From Thauera sp. (GTDB taxonomy: Bacteria > Pseudomonadota > Gammaproteobacteria > Burkholderiales > Rhodocyclaceae): a DNA stretch of 64,000 nucleotides. The translations under genes were made by a program, and so were the position numbers. The stretch lies in NCBI RefSeq assembly GCF_024235615.1, contig NZ_JACKMB010000002.1. One strand, 5' to 3'. The notes below the pieces were generated by a model, which had not been told where the DNA came from, made no database searches, and saw nothing but the letters and a program-made list of their open reading frames with translations. Below, piece by piece: positions 57,255-64,000 of this stretch (position 1 is its first letter; every line of letters begins with the position of its first letter).

Positions 57255-58724
57255 ATGAATTTCGTCGTCCCCGACTTCTACCCCGCAGCGGCCGAGATCT
57301 TCGTTGCCGTGATGGCCTTGGTGATCATGCTGGCGAGTACGTTCGCGCGCAGCGTCGCCCGCAACCTGGCCTATCTGCTCACCCAGGCGACGCTGATCGT
57401 CGCGGCCTTCATCACGATCTTCACGATGGAAGGGGAGGTGGTGCACACCTTCAGCAACCTGTTCATCAGCGATCTGCTGGGTGACGTGCTGAAGCTGATG
57501 ATCTACTTCTCCACCGCGATCGCGCTGCTGTACGGGCGTGGCTACCTTGCCGACCGCAAGATCGACAAGCCCGAGTACTACCTGCTCGCGCTGCTGATGA
57601 CGCTCGGCATGATGGTGATGGTCACGGCCAACCACATGCTGCCGATGTACATCGGCCTCGAGATGATGTCGCTCGCGCTGTACACGATGGTCGCCTTCGA
57701 TCGCGACTCGGCGCGCTCGACCGAGGCGGCGATGAAGTACTTCGTGCTGGGCGCGCTGGCCTCGGGCCTGCTGCTGTACGGCATGTCCATGGTGTATGGC
57801 GCGACCGGCACGCTCGAGTTCTCGGGCGTGGCTCAGGCGCTCTACAACCAGACCGCGAACCAGACCGTGCTGATGTTCGGCCTCGTCTTCCTGGTTGCCG
57901 GCATCTGCTTCAAGCTCGGCGTCGTCCCGTTCCACATGTGGGTGCCCGACGTCTATCAGGGCGCGCCCACCGCGGTGACGCTGGTGATCGCCACCGCGCC
58001 CAAGCTCGCCGCGTTCGCGATGGCAGTGCGCCTGCTGATCTGGGCGCTTTTCGACATCGCCGAAGAGTGGCAGATGATGCTGATCCTGGTGGCAGCCGCC
58101 TCGATCGTGCTCGGCAACCTGGCCGCGATCGCGCAGCAGAACATCAAGCGCATGTTGGCCTACTCGGGCATCTCGCACATGGGTTTCATGCTCCTCGGCC
58201 TGCTCGCCGGCGTGGTCGAGGGCGACCGCCACTTCGCGCTCAACGCCTACAGCTCGGCGATGTTCTATGCGATCTCCTACGTGATCATGAGCCTGGCCTC
58301 GTTCGGCATGCTGATCCTGCTGTCGCGCGCCGGCTTCGAGGCCGAGAACATCGACGACTTCAAGGGGCTCAACAAGCGCAGCTCGTGGTATGCGCTGATG
58401 ATGCTCTTCGTGATGTTCTCGATGGCGGGCGTGCCCTTCTTCATCGGCTTCTTCGCCAAGCTGTCGGTGCTGCAGGCGGTGGTCGCCGCGGGCTATTTCT
58501 GGCTTGCGGTGCTTGCGGTGGTGATGTCGGTGATCGGGGCGTTCTACTACCTGCGCGTGGTCAAGGTGATGTACTTCGACGATCCGATCGATGCCTCGCC
58601 GATCCATGCCGCGCCCGAAGTGCGCGTGATGCTCTCGGCCAACGGCCTCGCGATCGCGGCCCTCGGCCTCGCTCCGCAGGCGCTGATGTCCTTGTGCGCG
58701 TTCGCGCTGCTGCGCTCGCTCTGA
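57255..58724 (+). CDS. nuoN: NADH-quinone oxidoreductase subunit N
   Basis: [27 protein letters not shown] and KRMLAYS motifs. Confidence 0.97.
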   Translation: MNFVVPDFYPAAAEIFVAVMALVIMLASTFARSVARNLAYLLTQATLIVAAFITIFTMEGEVVHTFSNLFISDLLGDVLKLMIYFSTAIALLYGRGYLADRKIDKPEYYLLALLMTLGMMVMVTANHMLPMYIGLEMMSLALYTMVAFDRDSARSTEAAMKYFVLGALASGLLLYGMSMVYGATGTLEFSGVAQALYNQTANQTVLMFGLVFLVAGICFKLGVVPFHMWVPDVYQGAPTAVTLVIATAPKLAAFAMAVRLLIWALFDIAEEWQMMLILVAAASIVLGNLAAIAQQNIKRMLAYSGISHMGFMLLGLLAGVVEGDRHFALNAYSSAMFYAISYVIMSLASFGMLILLSRAGFEAENIDDFKGLNKRSSWYALMMLFVMFSMAGVPFFIGFFAKLSVLQAVVAAGYFWLAVLAVVMSVIGAFYYLRVVKVMYFDDPIDASPIHAAPEVRVMLSANGLAIAALGLAPQALMSLCAFALLRSL

Positions 58725-58731
58725 TCCGGCG

Positions 58732-59064
58732 GTGGGTGCAGAGGCCGGCGTCTTCCTGCTGTTGGCCATCGCCATCACGATGGCCAACCTGCCTTTCGTC
58801 TTCGACCGCATCCTCTTCGTCCGCAAGCCGCCAGCCGGTGCCCGCAAGGGGCTCGGCTGGTGTTTTGCCGAGCTGGTGCTGCTTTATTTCATCGTGGGCG
58901 GGCTTGCCGCCCTGATCGAGGCGCAATCCCACGGCCGGGTGTATGAGCAGGGCTGGGCGTTCTATGCCACGACCTTCTGCCTGTTCGTCGTGTTCGCGTT
59001 TCCCGGGTTCACCTGGACCTACCTGTGGCACGCGGGGCGCAGGCCGCCCGAGGTGGGCGCATGA
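58732..59064 (+). CDS. Small membrane protein (DUF2818-like) commonly following nuoN in Betaproteobacteria
   Basis: 110 aa, hydrophobic, with ANLPF, ELVLLYF and FYATTFCLFVVFAFPGF. Family name from recall and synteny. Confidence 0.7.
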   Translation: MGAEAGVFLLLAIAITMANLPFVFDRILFVRKPPAGARKGLGWCFAELVLLYFIVGGLAALIEAQSHGRVYEQGWAFYATTFCLFVVFAFPGFTWTYLWHAGRRPPEVGA

Positions 59065-59630
59065 GCGGGGTCGGGGGGGACGCGCTGCACGAACACACGC
59101 TCGAGAGCGAGCCCGTCTACCAGGGTGCGCTCCTCAAGGTGTGGCGCGATCGCGTCGAATTGCCGGACGGCAGCCACAGCGTGCGCGAGTACATCCGCCA
59201 TCCCGGCGCGGTGGTGGTGGTGGCGTTGGACGAGAGCGGGGCGCTGGTGTTCGAGCGCCAGTTCCGCTATCCGCTGCAGCGTGCCTTCCTCGAGCTTCCC
59301 GCCGGCAAGATCGACGCCGGCGAGGACATCCTGGCCTGCGCGCGGCGCGAGTTGCGCGAGGAGACCGGCTTCGCCGCGGTGCATTGGGAATACGTCGGGG
59401 TGATGCATCCCTGCATCGGCTATTCGGACGAGCGCATCGAGGTCTTCTTCGCACATGGGCTTTCGCAGACGGAGCGTGCACTCGACGACGGCGAGTTCCT
59501 CGAGGTGCTGAGCCTGCGCACGGATGAGGTGGAGCAGGCGATCCGTACCGGGCGCATCACCGACGCCAAGACCATCACCGCGTATTACCTGTCCTTGCCG
59601 CGCATCCAGGAGTGCTTGCAGGGACGCTGA
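59061..59630 (+). CDS. NUDIX hydrolase (ADP-ribose pyrophosphatase-like)
   Basis: Nudix box ELPAGKIDAGEDILACARRELREETG, plus REYIRHPGAV and ITDAKT. Confidence 0.92.
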   Translation: MSGVGGDALHEHTLESEPVYQGALLKVWRDRVELPDGSHSVREYIRHPGAVVVVALDESGALVFERQFRYPLQRAFLELPAGKIDAGEDILACARRELREETGFAAVHWEYVGVMHPCIGYSDERIEVFFAHGLSQTERALDDGEFLEVLSLRTDEVEQAIRTGRITDAKTITAYYLSLPRIQECLQGR

Positions 59631-59655
59631 CTGGGCTGGTTGAGGGGCGAAGCGG

Positions 59656-60930
59656 TCAGCGCGGTGGACATTGTCCGCGCTCGGCGTCCGTGGCCTCCGC
59701 CGTTCCTGCGCCGCCAGCCCCATCCGTATCGCGCCGAAACGGGCTGTGTCCTTCCAGCTCGTCCAGGTAGTGCCCCACGCCCGCGCGCTCCCTCACCAGC
59801 CATTCGTCCACCGCGCCGCGAAAGCGCGCATCCGCGAGCCAGTGCGCCGAGAAGGTACGCACCGGCAGCAGGCCGCGGGCGAGCTTGTGCTCCCCCTGTG
59901 CGCCGCCCTCGAAGCGGGCGAGGCCGTGCCGGAGGCAATACTCGATGGCCTGGTAGTAGCAGAGCTCGAAGTGCAGGAAGGGCAGGTCCTCGACGCAGCC
60001 CCAGTAACGCCCGTACAGCGCCTCGCGATCGCACAGGAAGAAGGCCGCGGCGACCGGGTGGCCGTCGCGGCGCGCGACCAGCAGGCGCACGGCCCCGGGC
60101 ATGCTGCGCGCGAACCGCACGAAGAATTCCGCGCTGAGATAGGGCGTGGAGCGGTGCAGCGCGTAGGTGGTCGCGTAGCAATGGGCGAAGAACGCCCAGT
60201 CCTCGTCCCGCGCTTCATGGCCGTCCAGCCACTGCAGGTGCAGGGCATGCGCGGCCGCACGGCGGCGTTCCTGGCGGATCTTCCTGCGCTTGGCGCCGGA
60301 CAGGCTGGCGAGGAAATCCTCGAAGTCCGTCCAGCGTCGTCGCGGCGCGGAGAACGCCGCACCCGTCCCAGGGGAAACAGGGTCCCCCACGGCGGGCGGA
60401 TTCTCCCAATGGAACTGCACGCCCTCGCGGATCATCAGCCCGGCCGCCTCCAGGAGCCCCCGCTCGCTGTCGAGCGGGAAGAGCAGGTGCAGCGACGACA
60501 GGCCGCTTTCCCGCGCGTTCGAGAGCAGCGCTGCGAGCAGCTCCCGGCGCGCATCGTCTCCGCCGCCGAGCAGGCGCGGCCCGGGAATGGGGGTGAAGGG
60601 CACGGCCCCGAGCCACTTGGGATAGTAGTCCAGGCCGTGGCGCTGGTAGGCTTCCGCCCAGGCCCAGTCGAAGACGTACTCGCCCCAGGAGTGCGCCTTG
60701 AGATAGAGCGGCATGGCTGCGCGCAAAGCGCCGTCCTGCCAAAGGGTGGCGTGCGCGGGCGTCCAGCCGCTTCGGCCCCCCACGCAACCGCTCTCTTCGA
60801 GGGCATGCAGGAAGGCGTGGCGGATGCACGGTGCTGGGCTTGCGCAGCTCGCGTCGACCAGGGCATCCCACTGGCTTGCGTCGATGCGGGCGATGCGGGG
60901 GAAGAGGTGGAATCCGTCGGGCTGGCTCAT
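59656..60930 (-). CDS. DUF482 / FemAB-like GNAT-family protein
   Basis: YLKAHSWGEYVFDWAWA, PFTPIPG, QFHW, LYGRYWG, LHFELCYYQAIE and FEGGAQGEHKLARG motifs. 424 aa. Confidence 0.88.
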   Translation of the reverse strand: MSQPDGFHLFPRIARIDASQWDALVDASCASPAPCIRHAFLHALEESGCVGGRSGWTPAHATLWQDGALRAAMPLYLKAHSWGEYVFDWAWAEAYQRHGLDYYPKWLGAVPFTPIPGPRLLGGGDDARRELLAALLSNARESGLSSLHLLFPLDSERGLLEAAGLMIREGVQFHWENPPAVGDPVSPGTGAAFSAPRRRWTDFEDFLASLSGAKRRKIRQERRRAAAHALHLQWLDGHEARDEDWAFFAHCYATTYALHRSTPYLSAEFFVRFARSMPGAVRLLVARRDGHPVAAAFFLCDREALYGRYWGCVEDLPFLHFELCYYQAIEYCLRHGLARFEGGAQGEHKLARGLLPVRTFSAHWLADARFRGAVDEWLVRERAGVGHYLDELEGHSPFRRDTDGAGGAGTAEATDAERGQCPPR

Positions 60931-61206
60931 GGAGGCTGGGGCGGGGACAGCGCACACGGCTGCCCGTTTTTTGTGCAGTGCGACGATACGTCGCCGCGAC
61001 AGGCACTTGCAAGTGCTGTCCACGCCTTGTCCACAGGCTTGCGCACCTCGGCTGTGGGTTCCTGCATCGTAATCCACGGTCTCGCCGCGAGCGTGGCGGC
61101 GGCCGGGTGCGGGACGGCGCCCGGGCATGAAGGTGCGTGCACGCATGCGATCGGGCGCACGCGGGGCCTGTCGTGGAGCTTCGCCGAAGCGGTATAGTTC
61201 CGCCCC

Positions 61207-63190
<1,984 letters not shown>

Positions 63191-63223
63191 TCGCCGCGCG
63201 GCGACGTCCGCGCCTGGAAGCGT

Positions 63224-64000
63224 TCAGGCGCGCGTTACCGCGTTCTGCGCGCGCAGCAGCACCAGCAGCGCGCCGCCACCGCCATCGTGCGGGCCGGCCT
63301 GGCAGAAGGCGAGGATCTCCTCGCGCTGGGCCAGCCAGCCGCGCGAAAGCTGTTTCAGGATCGACACCTTGCCCGGCGAGCCGTGGCCCTTGCCGTGGAT
63401 CACCCGGATGCAGCGCTTGCCCTGGGCGAGCGCGTCGTGCAGGAAGGCCGCCAGCGCGGCGCGCGCCTCGTCGCGGGTGAGGCCGTGCAGGTCGATCTGG
63501 CCCTGCAGCACCCAGCGCCCGCGGCGCAGGTCGGTGAGCACCCGGCGCGGCAGCCCGTTGCGCAGGAAGGCCGCCTCGTCGCCCATGTCGAGGCGGTCCT
63601 CGAAGGTGAGCGGTGCGGCGAGCGATTCGTCGAGCGCCGCGCGTTCGTCCTCCTCGCGCTTGAGCGGCGCCGGCGCTGGCTGCGGACGCTCCAGTTCCAC
63701 CCGGTTGCGGTCGGCGACCGGGCGTGCATTGCCCACCACCGCACGGAAGAGCGCTGCCGGATCGCTGACGTCGGCGTCCGCTGGCAGCACGATGGCGTCC
63801 GGTCGCAGCGCTGGCGCGGGATGCGTTCCGCGGGCATGGTGGCGCAGCGGCGTGTCGAGCGCCACCCGGCCAGTCTCCTTCAGCGGCACCACACCCTCGT
63901 AGGCGGCGCGTAGCGGGTCGGTCTCGGGGCGCGCGCGGGCGGGTTCCTCGGATTCCTCGTCCTCCACGGCTTGTGTGCGCGGCAGCGGGGCAGGGCGGGG
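63224..64000 (-). CDS. Smr/MutS2-domain endonuclease (SmrA-like), probably 5'-truncated by the window edge
   Basis: IDLHGLTRDEAR, VIHGKGHGS and GGGGALLVLL motifs. The frame stays open from GTG 63967 to the window end. Confidence 0.88.
   Translation of the reverse strand, partial: PRPAPLPRTQAVEDEESEEPARARPETDPLRAAYEGVVPLKETGRVALDTPLRHHARGTHPAPALRPDAIVLPADADVSDPAALFRAVVGNARPVADRNRVELERPQPAPAPLKREEDERAALDESLAAPLTFEDRLDMGDEAAFLRNGLPRRVLTDLRRGRWVLQGQIDLHGLTRDEARAALAAFLHDALAQGKRCIRVIHGKGHGSPGKVSILKQLSRGWLAQREEILAFCQAGPHDGGGGALLVLLRAQNAVTRA

Overview
GC-rich betaproteobacterial chromosome segment. Gene content and order suggest Rhodocyclales, Thauera/Azoarcus-like; this is inference. Bases 1-5.45 kb hold the 5' part of a type I-F CRISPR-Cas operon on the minus strand: cas1, cas2-3 and the first 100 codons of cas8f/csy1, which runs off the left edge and is missing from the ORF track. 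No CRISPR array is in the window. An intact MNT-HEPN (MntA/HepT-type) toxin-antitoxin pair lies between cas2-3 and csy1 on the opposite strand. An uninterrupted 262-codon antisense ORF spans that cassette exactly, overlapping the cas2-3 stop (TGATG) and the csy1 start (ATGA). This is the most unusual arrangement in the window. The rest is largely core genome: lldP-lutABC with an LldR-type operator, a two-unit GTAG-type REP/BIME cluster, pat, ubiG, ompA, an MtaD-like deaminase, a Ser/Thr kinase with a cNMP-like domain, hemH-hrcA, nadK-recN, fur, bamE-dapB, an orphan hybrid histidine kinase, carAB-greA, yhbY, rlmE-ftsH-folP-glmM, pstSCAB, tpiA-secG-tRNA-Leu(GAG), nuoA-N, a DUF2818-like gene, a NUDIX hydrolase, a DUF482/GNAT gene, nadE-glnB and a partial Smr-domain gene. 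nuoH carries three clustered indels that are probably sequencing errors. All family assignments come from recalled motifs and synteny; no database search was run.
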